Notes under the pieces: model-generated
Databases searched by the model: none
What the model was told of the DNA's origin: nothing
Seen by the model: the letters and a program-made list of their open reading frames with translations, nothing else
In this document: one piece after another, positions 38,355 to 48,343 of the stretch
Layout of the letters: every line of letters starts with the position of its first letter
How positions within the stretch are numbered: the stretch's first letter is position 1
Translations under genes and position numbers: made by a program
Assembly: GCA_041660505.1 (NCBI GenBank)
Contig: JBAZWG010000001.1
Location: forward strand, 243,979-307,978
Length of the DNA: 64,000 nt
Direction of reading: 5' to 3'
DNA from: Minisyncoccota bacterium
GTDB taxonomy: Bacteria; Patescibacteriota; Minisyncoccia; Phycocordibacterales; JACRKE01

Positions 38355-38972
38355 TTACTTTACGACAAAAATATTATACCCGCTCACCTGTTTGGTTTTT
38401 GCGTACCCGAGTATTCGATCGAAGAATCCTGCGCTACGAAGGAAAAAGTTCGACCTACCGAGGGGAGTCAGTCTTATCAGCGTCTCTATTGCGCCACGCA
38501 CCGGAGCAACTTCCACCGTGGAAAAATCTTTAAAGAGATACTGAACGGAGTCGTGCGTAAACCGCCAGAAATCTTTATAATAACCGATTTCGGCATGATA
38601 ATAGTAGAGAAACGGCACATATACAAAGAGATATCCACCCGGCTTGAGCACGCGCAACATTTCCTGCGCGGCAAGCAGGGGGTTCTCAACATGTTCCAAT
38701 ACGGCAATACAGATGATCGCATCAGTGCTGTTATCCATAAACGGAAGCGCATGAATATCCCCCACGATATCAGGATTATAATCCGGTACTGGATCCAAAA
38801 TTTTATACTCAACATTTTTTAAGAGTGGCTCAATCCATGCGCGTGACGGGTCGTATCTGTTATTCTTCTCTTTGATAATCCGCAGTCCACCTCCAATATC
38901 AATAACCACTTTCTTTTCATTAAAAATCTTAGTGATTTTTTCGTCAAAAAATTGTTCCCAAATTGCTTTCAT
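38355..38972 (-). CDS. class I SAM-dependent methyltransferase
   Basis: SAM-binding motif VIDIGGG and the motifs DAIICIAVLEH and LKPGG. Confidence 0.65.
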   Translation of the reverse strand: MKAIWEQFFDEKITKIFNEKKVVIDIGGGLRIIKEKNNRYDPSRAWIEPLLKNVEYKILDPVPDYNPDIVGDIHALPFMDNSTDAIICIAVLEHVENPLLAAQEMLRVLKPGGYLFVYVPFLYYYHAEIGYYKDFWRFTHDSVQYLFKDFSTVEVAPVRGAIETLIRLTPLGRSNFFLRSAGFFDRILGYAKTKQVSGYNIFVVK

Positions 38973-40078
38973 TAGTTTTCTTTATAAAACGTTTGTATGG
39001 TACGACAGACACGTCGCACGTCTGCATTCGTCAACTCTGGATACAACGGCAATGACAGAATTTCTTTTGCCGCTTTGCTCGTCATTGGAAGATCCTTATC
39101 GGTATATCCAAAAAACTTATATGCGGGTTGCTTAAAGATCGGCATGGGGTAGTGAATTGAGGTTATCACATCGTGGTCGGCGAGATATTTTTTTAATGCG
39201 TCGCGCTTATCGGTTCTAATCACAAACTGGTGCCATACGCGTTTCACTTTCCCAGAAGAAATTTCTGGCAAAATAAGTGGCGCGCCATGCAATTCTTTTA
39301 TATACAAATCGGCCAGATGTTCGCGTGCAGTATTCCAGGCGTCCAAATACGGCAAACCCCAGCTCAAAAAAGCTGCGTGAATCTCATCAAGTCGGCTATT
39401 CACTCCTTCCGTAACATTATGATATTTTGATGCTTCACCGTAATTTCTGAGCGCCTTGAGTTTTTCATACAGTTTTTTGTCGCGCGTCACGATGGCTCCA
39501 GCGTCCCCGATGGTGCCGAGATTCTTGGTCGGGTAAAAGCTGTAACATCCCATCACGCCGAAGGAGCCAACTTTCTTGCCCGCATATTCGGCTCCATGCG
39601 CTTGGCAGCAATCTTCGATGATAAAAAGTTTATATTTTTTTGCAACCTTCATTATGCTATTCATTTCTGCCGGATATCCGTACAGATGCACGGGAATGAT
39701 TGCTTTTGTTTCTTTGGTAATTTTAGACTCAAGCTTTGTCGTATCAAGATTAAAAGTCTTTTCGTCGATATCTACAAAAACGGGAGTCGCACCCGCCATT
39801 CGAATAGCGCTCACGGTCGGTGTTGCCGTGTTGGCAACGGTGATGACTTCATCCTCATGCCCTACCCCCACTGCTTTTAGTGCCAGAAACAGAGCGTCAG
39901 TGCCAGAATTTACGCCCACAGTGTAGGGGATGTTCAAATACGTAGAGAAACTTTTTTCGAATACCTCTAATTCTGGTCCCAGAATAAATACGCCACGCCT
40001 TAAAACACGCTGCATGGTGGAATTTACTTCTGACCTATATTTATTATATTTTCTCTTAAAATCGAAAGGTGTGATCAT
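38972..40078 (-). CDS. DegT/DnrJ/EryC1/StrS-family PLP-dependent sugar aminotransferase
   Basis: The PLP-Lys region CYSFYPTKNLGTIGDAGAIVT and the overall DegT layout. Confidence 0.85.
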   Translation of the reverse strand: MITPFDFKRKYNKYRSEVNSTMQRVLRRGVFILGPELEVFEKSFSTYLNIPYTVGVNSGTDALFLALKAVGVGHEDEVITVANTATPTVSAIRMAGATPVFVDIDEKTFNLDTTKLESKITKETKAIIPVHLYGYPAEMNSIMKVAKKYKLFIIEDCCQAHGAEYAGKKVGSFGVMGCYSFYPTKNLGTIGDAGAIVTRDKKLYEKLKALRNYGEASKYHNVTEGVNSRLDEIHAAFLSWGLPYLDAWNTAREHLADLYIKELHGAPLILPEISSGKVKRVWHQFVIRTDKRDALKKYLADHDVITSIHYPMPIFKQPAYKFFGYTDKDLPMTSKAAKEILSLPLYPELTNADVRRVCRTIQTFYKEN

Positions 40079-40083
40079 GGGAA

Positions 40084-40503
40084 TTATTTTACCAGAGAAA
40101 GAAAGTCTTCGTAGTTTCTAATATAATCGTTTGCGTCGTAATAATCATCAGCAAGCACCAGAATAACGCAGTCCGGTGAGAAATCGGTCATTTCGTGCCA
40201 AAGCATGGCATCGAGCTTAATTCCCATGTACGGGTTGTTCATGGTGATGCTTTGTTTTTTGCTTCCGTCATCAAGATTCAAAACAAAAGACCCATTAACA
40301 CAAAAAATTATTTGATTTTGTTTTTTATGCGCATGCTTACCTCTTACCGCAGTTCTCTTTTTTAGATTATTAATATAATAAATCCGTTGTATCTTGAATG
40401 GCACACTACGTTCTGATTCGCCAATGGTTAAAACGCCGTCATTTCGATCATCAAAGTGTTGGAGGAAAACGATACCGGAATTTTTTACTTTAATTTCTAT
40501 CAT
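40084..40503 (-). CDS. sugar 3,4-ketoisomerase (FdtA/WxcM-like cupin)
   Basis: A roughly 140-aa cupin-like protein. The start is set at the ATG 40503, which forms an ATGA overlap with the upstream gene's stop, and the listed ORF's N-terminal extension overlaps that gene. Confidence 0.55.
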   Translation of the reverse strand: MIEIKVKNSGIVFLQHFDDRNDGVLTIGESERSVPFKIQRIYYINNLKKRTAVRGKHAHKKQNQIIFCVNGSFVLNLDDGSKKQSITMNNPYMGIKLDAMLWHEMTDFSPDCVILVLADDYYDANDYIRNYEDFLSLVK

Positions 40504-41804
40504 TTCAATATGTAATATGAATAATAAGATATACCGCAGAAATATCGCCCTTTTTGTTCTATCGTAAATACCCGACCAATAAGCTGTTCCCACTCTTCTT
40601 GCGAACGAATAAACTTACCCTGGTCATGAGCTTGTACAAATCTCGTTATTGGAAAGGAATTCTTGGTGTCCTCAATGATCAATAACCTTGCACCTGGTCT
40701 AAGTACGCGTTTAATTTCAGAAAAGGCACGTAAACTTTGTGGATCAGAAAGGTGGTGGAAAACTCCTACCACAAAACAGAGACCGAAATACTGGTCAGAA
40801 AAAGGAATTGTATGGCCGTCGAAGTTAACAAATCTACCTTGATGATGTTTTTTTGCATAGGCGATACTGATCGCGTCGGTATCAACCCCAACATATTGCT
40901 GCGGGTCAAAGACGGTTGACAATACTCCGGTTCCACACCCGAAGTCGAGTATTGGTCCTTGGGGTGCATATGTGGTAAGCGTATTGAGCAGCAGTTGACG
41001 GTGACGCCAAAAATTTAGCTCGATAATTCGCCGAATAACCAGGCCAACCGATGGTTGTGTAAAAAAACGGTAGACCCTGCCCGTTAGTCTTGGTATGAAT
41101 AGCTCGACCCAGAGGAACATCAAGCGCCACAGAGTCAAGGTAACCCTCTTGAAATTGAAAAATTGAGACTTCCCATACACCCGGAAATAGTGAGAAATAC
41201 TTACTTCCGTGAAATGTGCTCCCGCGAGCTGCAACTTTTTCACTATTTCTATCGTGATGGTTCCTGTTGTACTCGTCAGGTGAATGCGGTTTAGCAGTTC
41301 TTTGCGAATTAACCGAAAATCACAATCGGGGTCGCGAACCGGCAACGTGAATAATCCGCGCATTGCATATTGGTACAACGATCCGATGATTATGCGATGA
41401 AGAGGGTCGGAGCGTTTACGTTTGTAGCCGTTAACGACATCGACCGCAGGAGTGACGGCGGCGGCAAGCTGTAAAAGTTCGCGAACGTCGTATTGTCCGT
41501 CGCCGTCTGTATAAAAGACCCATTCCTTACTGCTTGCTTCGAACCCGCTTCGCAACGCTCCCCCGTAGCCGTGATTATACGAATGATAGATAATCTTGAG
41601 AGAAGGGAGTTTCTTGGCAAGATCTGCGAGTAGTTCTCGACTTCCATCGGTCGATCCGTCGTCAACGACAATAATTTCATAGTCGGGTGTTAGTCGCTCA
41701 GCCGTGCGTTGTGCCTCTAAAATTAACGTACCAATGGTTCCCTTATCATTATAGCAAGGAAAGAAGATGGAGAGCGAAGATAATTTTCTGTCGATGATGC
41801 TCAT
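40500..41804 (-). CDS. fusion protein: GT2 glycosyltransferase (N-terminal) plus class I SAM methyltransferase (C-terminal)
   Basis: N-terminal motifs LSIFFPCYNDKGTI...VVDDGSTDGS...TDGDGQ. C-terminal SAM-binding motif ILDFGCGTGVL. Confidence 0.7.
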   Translation of the reverse strand: MSIIDRKLSSLSIFFPCYNDKGTIGTLILEAQRTAERLTPDYEIIVVDDGSTDGSRELLADLAKKLPSLKIIYHSYNHGYGGALRSGFEASSKEWVFYTDGDGQYDVRELLQLAAAVTPAVDVVNGYKRKRSDPLHRIIIGSLYQYAMRGLFTLPVRDPDCDFRLIRKELLNRIHLTSTTGTITIEIVKKLQLAGAHFTEVSISHYFRVYGKSQFFNFKRVTLTLWRLMFLWVELFIPRLTGRVYRFFTQPSVGLVIRRIIELNFWRHRQLLLNTLTTYAPQGPILDFGCGTGVLSTVFDPQQYVGVDTDAISIAYAKKHHQGRFVNFDGHTIPFSDQYFGLCFVVGVFHHLSDPQSLRAFSEIKRVLRPGARLLIIEDTKNSFPITRFVQAHDQGKFIRSQEEWEQLIGRVFTIEQKGRYFCGISYYSYYILK

Positions 41805-43270
41805 TTTTTCAAAAATACATAGCTACCAACGAGCTGCACATGTGAATATTTTCCAAAAAGCGGCGACGTTGAACTGTAGGATTCTTGATGCATGGCAACG
41901 ATATCCGGTGTACCTTCTTTCAAGGCGAGGAGACTATCTGAACCAATATCGCCGCCATCGTTATGTATATACTGATAATAATTCCTTGAGTCGGGAAGAA
42001 AAAGAGCAATCTCCGGTGCGTTGTATATCAGGAATAGGCTTTTTTTCGGAATAGACGCGATGTAGTTCTCCAGCAATTCTGATTTATGGCTGTTATACGA
42101 GAGCGCAACAAAAGACCCCCTCCACAATAGCTTGATGTTTATCGCAACAAGTCCAAATAACAGTATCACCGCGATAAGTCTCGCTAGAGACTTTGAGAAT
42201 TCAAACTTTTGGCTAATGAACTGCGCGATGTCAGTCAGATTTACCGGCAAGAAGAACAGATGTAGAACTAACGCAATAAACAAATACCGATACCATCCCG
42301 GCGTTCTGAGGTACGCTAGGAAGATCAGTATCGAATAAACCAGTGCGATAAGTTCGAAACTTCGGATATGTTTTTTGGCATAATATCGGGTCACTATCGC
42401 CGCGCACCAAATAATCAACGTTCCCATGTAGTATGCTGGAGTGTATTCAGTCACAAACCTGCGCACATTCTGCACAATAATTAGAGGAAGATCTCCTAAG
42501 CTATATGGATTAATGTAATACTGCATAACCCCGGAAAACGTATCAGTTTGGTTGAATTGGGTCACTGCCCACAGGAGGAAAGCGATTCCGAAACCAATCA
42601 GTGCATAGAGCATCCCCTGCTTAGAAAAAGTTTTCCTGCGAAGAAAAAAGATAAGTAGCGTCGCCGGAATCAACGGGAGTAAAATCGGCTTCGTTGCCAC
42701 CGCAAGCCCCAGAGCGACACCGGCAAGTACGTAGTGTCGATGGGTTGAAGTGTTTCTTGTTTCAAGACGGTAGACGGCGTACAAGAAAAGCAATAGGTAG
42801 AACAATCCGGGTATCTCTGCAAGAAAATTCTTGCCGTTTCCAAAGATTGAGGGAAATGATGACACGACCACTACTGTTGCGAGAGCACTCAAAAAACCTG
42901 CCAGCTGATACGAAAAAAAGAAAACCGTCCAAAAGAATGCCACGAGAAAGAGAACTGCCGCGACACGTAAACTAAGTAAATTTTTACCTAATATCTTCAC
43001 CACCACAGCCGCTGGGTATAAATAGGGGTAACCGCCGGTAATGCGAGACCCGGAGGTAACAAGATCCGGGGAAGTGCGCACGCCCAGTTGCCCCACGTCC
43101 ACAATATTGAATGCTGCCTGGCCATACCAACCTTCGTCCATCCAGGTAGGCGGATTCTCGGTAAGGTGATGGGTGGACTCAAAAAGGAAAAACAAAAAAA
43201 CAACGGCGATACTGCCTACGCGTACATATCGGTTCTCAAACATATTCTTGATGGACTCCATTGGTAGCAA
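41801..43270 (-). CDS. polytopic membrane glycosyltransferase (GT-C, ArnT/PMT-like)
   Basis: 489 aa, with more than 10 predicted TM helices. Confidence 0.5.
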   Translation of the reverse strand: MLPMESIKNMFENRYVRVGSIAVVFLFFLFESTHHLTENPPTWMDEGWYGQAAFNIVDVGQLGVRTSPDLVTSGSRITGGYPYLYPAAVVVKILGKNLLSLRVAAVLFLVAFFWTVFFFSYQLAGFLSALATVVVVSSFPSIFGNGKNFLAEIPGLFYLLLFLYAVYRLETRNTSTHRHYVLAGVALGLAVATKPILLPLIPATLLIFFLRRKTFSKQGMLYALIGFGIAFLLWAVTQFNQTDTFSGVMQYYINPYSLGDLPLIIVQNVRRFVTEYTPAYYMGTLIIWCAAIVTRYYAKKHIRSFELIALVYSILIFLAYLRTPGWYRYLFIALVLHLFFLPVNLTDIAQFISQKFEFSKSLARLIAVILLFGLVAINIKLLWRGSFVALSYNSHKSELLENYIASIPKKSLFLIYNAPEIALFLPDSRNYYQYIHNDGGDIGSDSLLALKEGTPDIVAMHQESYSSTSPLFGKYSHVQLVGSYVFLKK

Positions 43271-43293
43271 TAATACTACAGGTAAATATCGAT

Positions 43294-44367
43294 TTAGACA
43301 ACTTCTTTCAGTTCGGCCAGCAATTGCTCGGGGCTTGCGAAAATAGAGATAAAATATGCATCGACGCGAAGCTGTTTTTCGAAAACTCTTCGCGCTTCCT
43401 TTTGCATGGCAATCAAAGAGTTGCTCGTTTGCTCACGGTAAAATTTTGAGATGATTTCTGGACTATCCATGATCTCTGGGTATGGAATTCGTACTAGACA
43501 TTTTGAGTAGTCGAGCGTACCTTCAAAGGGCAACACCGTTTCGGTATCGAGTAACACCGGTATACGACCAAGGCTCATGATTTCGTAGAGACGAGCTGAG
43601 TCATTCATGTCACCTCGTACCGCGAGCGAAAAGTTTGATTGCTTGATATTGGCCACAAACTCCTGACGACCGGCGTCGGCCGCCACGGTAATCGTATTCT
43701 TATGCAAAAAGAACGCACTGCGTCGAATGAACTTAGATTCTATGAGTGTTGACTGCTCTAATCTGTGCAGTATTTTCTTACGAAAGTATATTCCCTGTTT
43801 TAGGGTTTCCAGCTCTGGAGTATGTGTAAGTGACTTTTGTACGTTGATGAATTGATGATACAACATCGCGCGCGCGCGTTGTCGCAGACTGGCGTACTCT
43901 GCCCAACCGCAAAATCCAACCGACGGTTTTGTATGCGCCTTGGCTTGATAATCGATCCCCCACCGAGCACCGAGATCTTCGACAAACAGCGGGAGCTTGA
44001 TTTCGTTCCTTTTCTTTTTGAAACGATATAGGGCATTCTTGAAAATGATCGCTTCGGGAATATCAATATCGTAGTCGATGTCGCCGTAAGCGAAAATAAT
44101 CAGTCGCTTATGCTGAAGTTTTGCCAAGTCAACATAATGGGAGAAGAGTTCCTGATTATCCTTGATCTGCCCATAGTTATGCGGTAGCAAAATAAAATCA
44201 GCGTCCTCGGGCCGGCCGGTAATCGCTACGACCGGCTCGGTAAACTGCTTGAATATGCCATCACTAAAAAGACTCTTCCCCGCTCGGTGTTGGATCTTAA
44301 AGTTCGGGTAGAGCAGATGGGTCAGCGATACTCCTTGTTGAGTTTTATCGTAGTATATCTTTATCAT
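43294..44367 (-). CDS. hypothetical protein (possibly an exostosin-like glycosyltransferase)
   Basis: A 357-aa soluble protein in the glycan operon. The family call is weak. Confidence 0.35.
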   Translation of the reverse strand: MIKIYYDKTQQGVSLTHLLYPNFKIQHRAGKSLFSDGIFKQFTEPVVAITGRPEDADFILLPHNYGQIKDNQELFSHYVDLAKLQHKRLIIFAYGDIDYDIDIPEAIIFKNALYRFKKKRNEIKLPLFVEDLGARWGIDYQAKAHTKPSVGFCGWAEYASLRQRARAMLYHQFINVQKSLTHTPELETLKQGIYFRKKILHRLEQSTLIESKFIRRSAFFLHKNTITVAADAGRQEFVANIKQSNFSLAVRGDMNDSARLYEIMSLGRIPVLLDTETVLPFEGTLDYSKCLVRIPYPEIMDSPEIISKFYREQTSNSLIAMQKEARRVFEKQLRVDAYFISIFASPEQLLAELKEVV

Positions 44368-45329
44368 AAGATTCCTTTTTCTTTTGCACGGTCGACTATC
44401 GAAAGCACACGCGCTTTGGTTGAATGTGTGTCGAGAATTGTTTGATATTCATCGACATCACGGTCAAATTTCCATTCGTTTGTTTTCAGTAGGATTCCGA
44501 GCTTCTCTAGTTGTACTTCAAATTCATTGATATTTTTAAACTGAAATATCCTTTGATACTCGAGCATACTACTCCCCAATTCGTAAATATCGATTTGTTC
44601 CGTAAGCAAGGTACAGTTGTTGGCCAAAATCTCCCAAAAGCGCAGGGTGTCGAATCCGCCGCCGCCAACCGAGATACCAACTTTTGTTCGTGCAAGAATG
44701 TCATAAAATCTATCTTGCGACCTTTGACTCCGGAAGTCACGATTAAACAAAGAGCTGGTATGTTTTGTGGCATAGGTAAATCCATTCTTATGACACCATG
44801 ACTCTAAAAATTCTGTCGCCTCGCGTCGAAGTGGCGGATACTTGTCTTGACCAAAGATACAGGCAAAGTCAACGTCCTTCTTTTGGCCTTGCTGATAGTG
44901 TATGTAACGCCGCTCGATGCCGAAAGGTAACGGAATGATATTGTGGCTATAGGGCTTTTCACGCCGAAAATAGAGCGCGCATTTCTTTAACATTTCCCGA
45001 TTGATTGCTCCTCTGCCCTCGTACGTTCCTTCAATGACTTTTCTCTGGATCTCTCTGTCGTATCGATTATTCTTACCGAGTTCGCTACCGTCAATATATG
45101 CCGTCCTCCCCCATCGATCCACGCGTGCCGCGAGATTGTATTGCGAACCGAACTTGTTTGAGAGCAGTAGAATAAGATCGGCTTTTTGCGCCGCTTCAAT
45201 TGAATGTTCGTCCACAAAAAAATAGTCGATTGCTTGGTCTTGCTTCAGAGCATCAAGGCCATCAAGAATCGTCTCGACAAGATAATCCTGGCCATCGAGT
45301 GTAGAAATTACGGCAATATTATATCTCAT
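44364..45329 (-). CDS. hypothetical protein (321 aa) in the glycan operon
   Basis: Clean ORF with a 4-nt overlap with its neighbour. No recognised motifs. Confidence 0.4.
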   Translation of the reverse strand: MRYNIAVISTLDGQDYLVETILDGLDALKQDQAIDYFFVDEHSIEAAQKADLILLLSNKFGSQYNLAARVDRWGRTAYIDGSELGKNNRYDREIQRKVIEGTYEGRGAINREMLKKCALYFRREKPYSHNIIPLPFGIERRYIHYQQGQKKDVDFACIFGQDKYPPLRREATEFLESWCHKNGFTYATKHTSSLFNRDFRSQRSQDRFYDILARTKVGISVGGGGFDTLRFWEILANNCTLLTEQIDIYELGSSMLEYQRIFQFKNINEFEVQLEKLGILLKTNEWKFDRDVDEYQTILDTHSTKARVLSIVDRAKEKGIL

Positions 45330-46389
45330 GTTTCGAAAGGCTTGCGATCAGCTCGTTCACTATTGATTTTGGCTGCAAATTCTTACAGTAATACTCATAA
45401 ACATTTTTTGAAATGGTTCCAGAAAATCCTCTATCCGAATAGAGTTTCAATATCTTTTCGGCCAAATCCTTGCCGTCTGCTGCTCGGCAACCGAGGTAGT
45501 GTTGATTATCGACAAAATACTCCTGTAGCGCCGGCGTGTTTGCGGTGATAATAGGTTTTTGCATCGCCGCGTACTGGTAAAACTTATTTGGAATCACTCG
45601 AGCTGCTTTTTCTGAAGCACCGAATATTCCGAGGCAAATATCGAACCCCGCAATAATACGCGGTAGTTGTTCTTGGGGGACAGCTGGTAAGCAGTTAACT
45701 GAAGATTCAAGCTTATATTTCTGTATAAGCTTGAATATGTTTTTCTCATCTTGGCCAGAACCAACGAGCGTGAATGTAATATCAGCGTGTTCGCGCAAAA
45801 TTTTAGCCGCTTCAATAATATACTGTGCACCGTGGAGCGGTGAGAACATCCCCGTAAACCCAACAACGAAATTTGTGTGAGGTGGCATTGGTAATGGTCT
45901 AAAAATCTCTGGGTTCGCCGATACCGGCACGCGAATGAATTTTTTAACCGAAACACCGAACGCCTTTGTTATGTATGTAATATGCTCGTTGGTATCCAAT
46001 AAAATACACGAAACGAGATGTGCACTATACCAGTCATAGAACCAGTCACGTAACCCGCGCATACCCCATCCTGTGTACAATCTCCTGTCGAGTACGTTTG
46101 TGTCGTATAACGACAGAAACATGTCTATAATGGCCTTTTTGCCCCACAGAAGACATGCTATCCAATAAACGCTCTGTCCAGGGAACCCAACGATAACAAC
46201 ATCGAACATCCTGCGTTTTTTCAGCTGAAAACCTTCATGTAACAATTGCCAATATTTGCTAAATCCCGAGTATTTTTTTGGATCAACTCTGCACTCGACA
46301 ACCTCTACCCCGTTTTCTCTTAATCCCATCATTAACACCTGGTTACGGGCATATTCGGGGTCATAGATTCCAAAATAACAAATCTTCAT
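45319..46389 (-). CDS. glycosyltransferase family 4
   Basis: GT4-like layout, with MKICYFGIYDPEY at the N-terminus. Confidence 0.7.
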   Translation of the reverse strand: MKICYFGIYDPEYARNQVLMMGLRENGVEVVECRVDPKKYSGFSKYWQLLHEGFQLKKRRMFDVVIVGFPGQSVYWIACLLWGKKAIIDMFLSLYDTNVLDRRLYTGWGMRGLRDWFYDWYSAHLVSCILLDTNEHITYITKAFGVSVKKFIRVPVSANPEIFRPLPMPPHTNFVVGFTGMFSPLHGAQYIIEAAKILREHADITFTLVGSGQDEKNIFKLIQKYKLESSVNCLPAVPQEQLPRIIAGFDICLGIFGASEKAARVIPNKFYQYAAMQKPIITANTPALQEYFVDNQHYLGCRAADGKDLAEKILKLYSDRGFSGTISKNVYEYYCKNLQPKSIVNELIASLSKHEI

Positions 46390-47432
46390 TTCAGATATTT
46401 TGTGATTTTTGTAATCAGCTTCTGTAACCCGAATTTTTCTGACCAGTCTTTTTGCAATTCTTGAATTGCTGTCCCGTTTCCAGAACCAACATACTTTAGG
46501 ATTTTTTCTGCCAAATCTTCCGGGTCTCGATACTTTATCATAAATTCTTCTGTGTAGTTACCGAAATATACCCCGAAGGCTTCATTGGCGACAAATACCG
46601 GTGTGCCGCAAACGACTGACTCAATAACCGTTTTGTCTAGGCCACCAGTCGGGCACAGATTAACCGTTACATTCGCGCGCTTCATATACCCTGCCACTTC
46701 TGTATATGGCACATTGCCTTTAAACTCAACCTGTTGCTCAAGGCCGAGCTCTTTGGTTTGTTTCTTTAAACTCGCTAAATAGTCTTGATCTGCCACGGTG
46801 GCTGGGCCACCGACAAGCACAATCTTAAGTGGCTTAGAAAGTTTCTGCTTAAGCAACTTTCCCGCCTCGATTAATACGTCAAGATTTTTTATCTTTGTGA
46901 TACGGCCGACGTGCAATATCATGAAAAAATTTTCATCCGGCTTCCCTGTAACCGCATCGAGTAAAGGCACATCAATGCCGTGTCCCAGGACTTTTACTTT
47001 CTTACTCTTGAGGTTGAAACTTTCGGGCGCTGAAGTGAAAATAATGTTTGTTAGTTTCTCTGCTATCCGCAATTTTAGATCGACGTTTTTATGCGTGTAC
47101 CAAAGGCTCACTTTCTTACCCATGAGTCGCCAGAAGAATCCGCCGAGCACCACATATTCAGGATTCATATGCACAAATACCGCATCGTAGTTTTTCCGTT
47201 CGCGAAAAATGTATCGATAGAAATTTACCAGTTCAGTAAAGCGTGAAGCGCCATGTTCTTTCCCGAGCGAATATATATGAACGTTATTTGTCAAGTTATA
47301 CGTGCCTGTACCGAGCGCGATAACAGTCACCTGTTCGCATTGCGCTGAAAACTCGCGTAGCCAACGGATGAAAAACCCTAGCGTATTGTTCGGATCGCCT
47401 TCATCGACTTTTTGTGTGCAAATGAGAATTTT
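46386..47432 (-). CDS. glycosyltransferase family 4
   Basis: The start is set at the MKILICTQKVDEG Met. Has the GT4 motif SVVCGTPVFVAN. Confidence 0.7.
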   Translation of the reverse strand, partial: KILICTQKVDEGDPNNTLGFFIRWLREFSAQCEQVTVIALGTGTYNLTNNVHIYSLGKEHGASRFTELVNFYRYIFRERKNYDAVFVHMNPEYVVLGGFFWRLMGKKVSLWYTHKNVDLKLRIAEKLTNIIFTSAPESFNLKSKKVKVLGHGIDVPLLDAVTGKPDENFFMILHVGRITKIKNLDVLIEAGKLLKQKLSKPLKIVLVGGPATVADQDYLASLKKQTKELGLEQQVEFKGNVPYTEVAGYMKRANVTVNLCPTGGLDKTVIESVVCGTPVFVANEAFGVYFGNYTEEFMIKYRDPEDLAEKILKYVGSGNGTAIQELQKDWSEKFGLQKLITKITKYLK

Positions 47433-47445
47433 CATGACAAATTGC

Positions 47446-48279
47446 CTACTCGCCATATACCGCTTTAATTTTATCCAAATCTTTTTGTGAACCGCGAAGC
47501 AGTGAAATATTTTTATCTCGTATTGCCTCGAATACTTTTTTTCCAATATTATCATTCAGGCTTTTTGAATATGATTCTATAAAGGCCTCGAAGTCTTTGA
47601 CGAAGCAGTCGCCGCCGGCACCTCGCCCGCTCTTGTGAACTGGGTTAAGGTACTTATCGCACATATACGGGTCGGCAGAAATTGCGCTCTTTATACGTTC
47701 CCAGTCTGCCTTGTGCGCCGTACCAAGGTCGAAAAGCGTATTGGCGAATACGACCTGCATCACGCCGTGAATATTGTGTGCATATTTTATAATTTCCGCT
47801 TCTTCAGCTGTGCAAATGAGCTCATACGCCGCCTTTGGCAATATATTCAGAATTTCGTTCGCAATCTTCTTGTGCTTGTCGTCCCAGACTGGCACACCGA
47901 TAATATTTCTGTCTGGATGTGATGCGTTCTGTGCTGCAGTCTTCTCGACGAGAAATTCCGGTGAATGAAAGACGGTACAATGCGTGAATTCTTTCGCAAG
48001 TTTTTTCGTACTGCCTGGGATTATCGTTGACTTAATTATCGCAACCTTGCCTTTGCCTACGAGTGGTAAGACCGCATGCAGATAGCTCATATCAAAACCG
48101 GTCTGTTTCGTTGGTGTCGGCACCGCAATAAATACGAATTCGCAATCTTTTATTTTCTTTTTATTTTCTATATATTCCGGCTCAAGCGAATAACGAACAA
48201 CGGCAAATCCACGATTTTCGAAATCATCTGCATAGTTCTTGCCAATCCACCCCTGGCCAATAAAGCCTATTTTGTGCAT
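47446..48279 (-). CDS. short UDP-glucose/GDP-mannose-dehydrogenase-family protein (lacks the C-terminal UDP-binding domain)
   Basis: NAD-binding start MHKIGFIGQGWIGKNY. The GGDCFVKD catalytic-Cys signature lies near the C-terminus. Only 277 aa. Confidence 0.5.
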   Translation of the reverse strand: MHKIGFIGQGWIGKNYADDFENRGFAVVRYSLEPEYIENKKKIKDCEFVFIAVPTPTKQTGFDMSYLHAVLPLVGKGKVAIIKSTIIPGSTKKLAKEFTHCTVFHSPEFLVEKTAAQNASHPDRNIIGVPVWDDKHKKIANEILNILPKAAYELICTAEEAEIIKYAHNIHGVMQVVFANTLFDLGTAHKADWERIKSAISADPYMCDKYLNPVHKSGRGAGGDCFVKDFEAFIESYSKSLNDNIGKKVFEAIRDKNISLLRGSQKDLDKIKAVYGE

Positions 48280-48343
48280 ATTTTCGGTTGAATTTCTATT
48301 TCTCTTTTAGGCTCATCTGTGGTAGCATAGCATACATCTTTGC

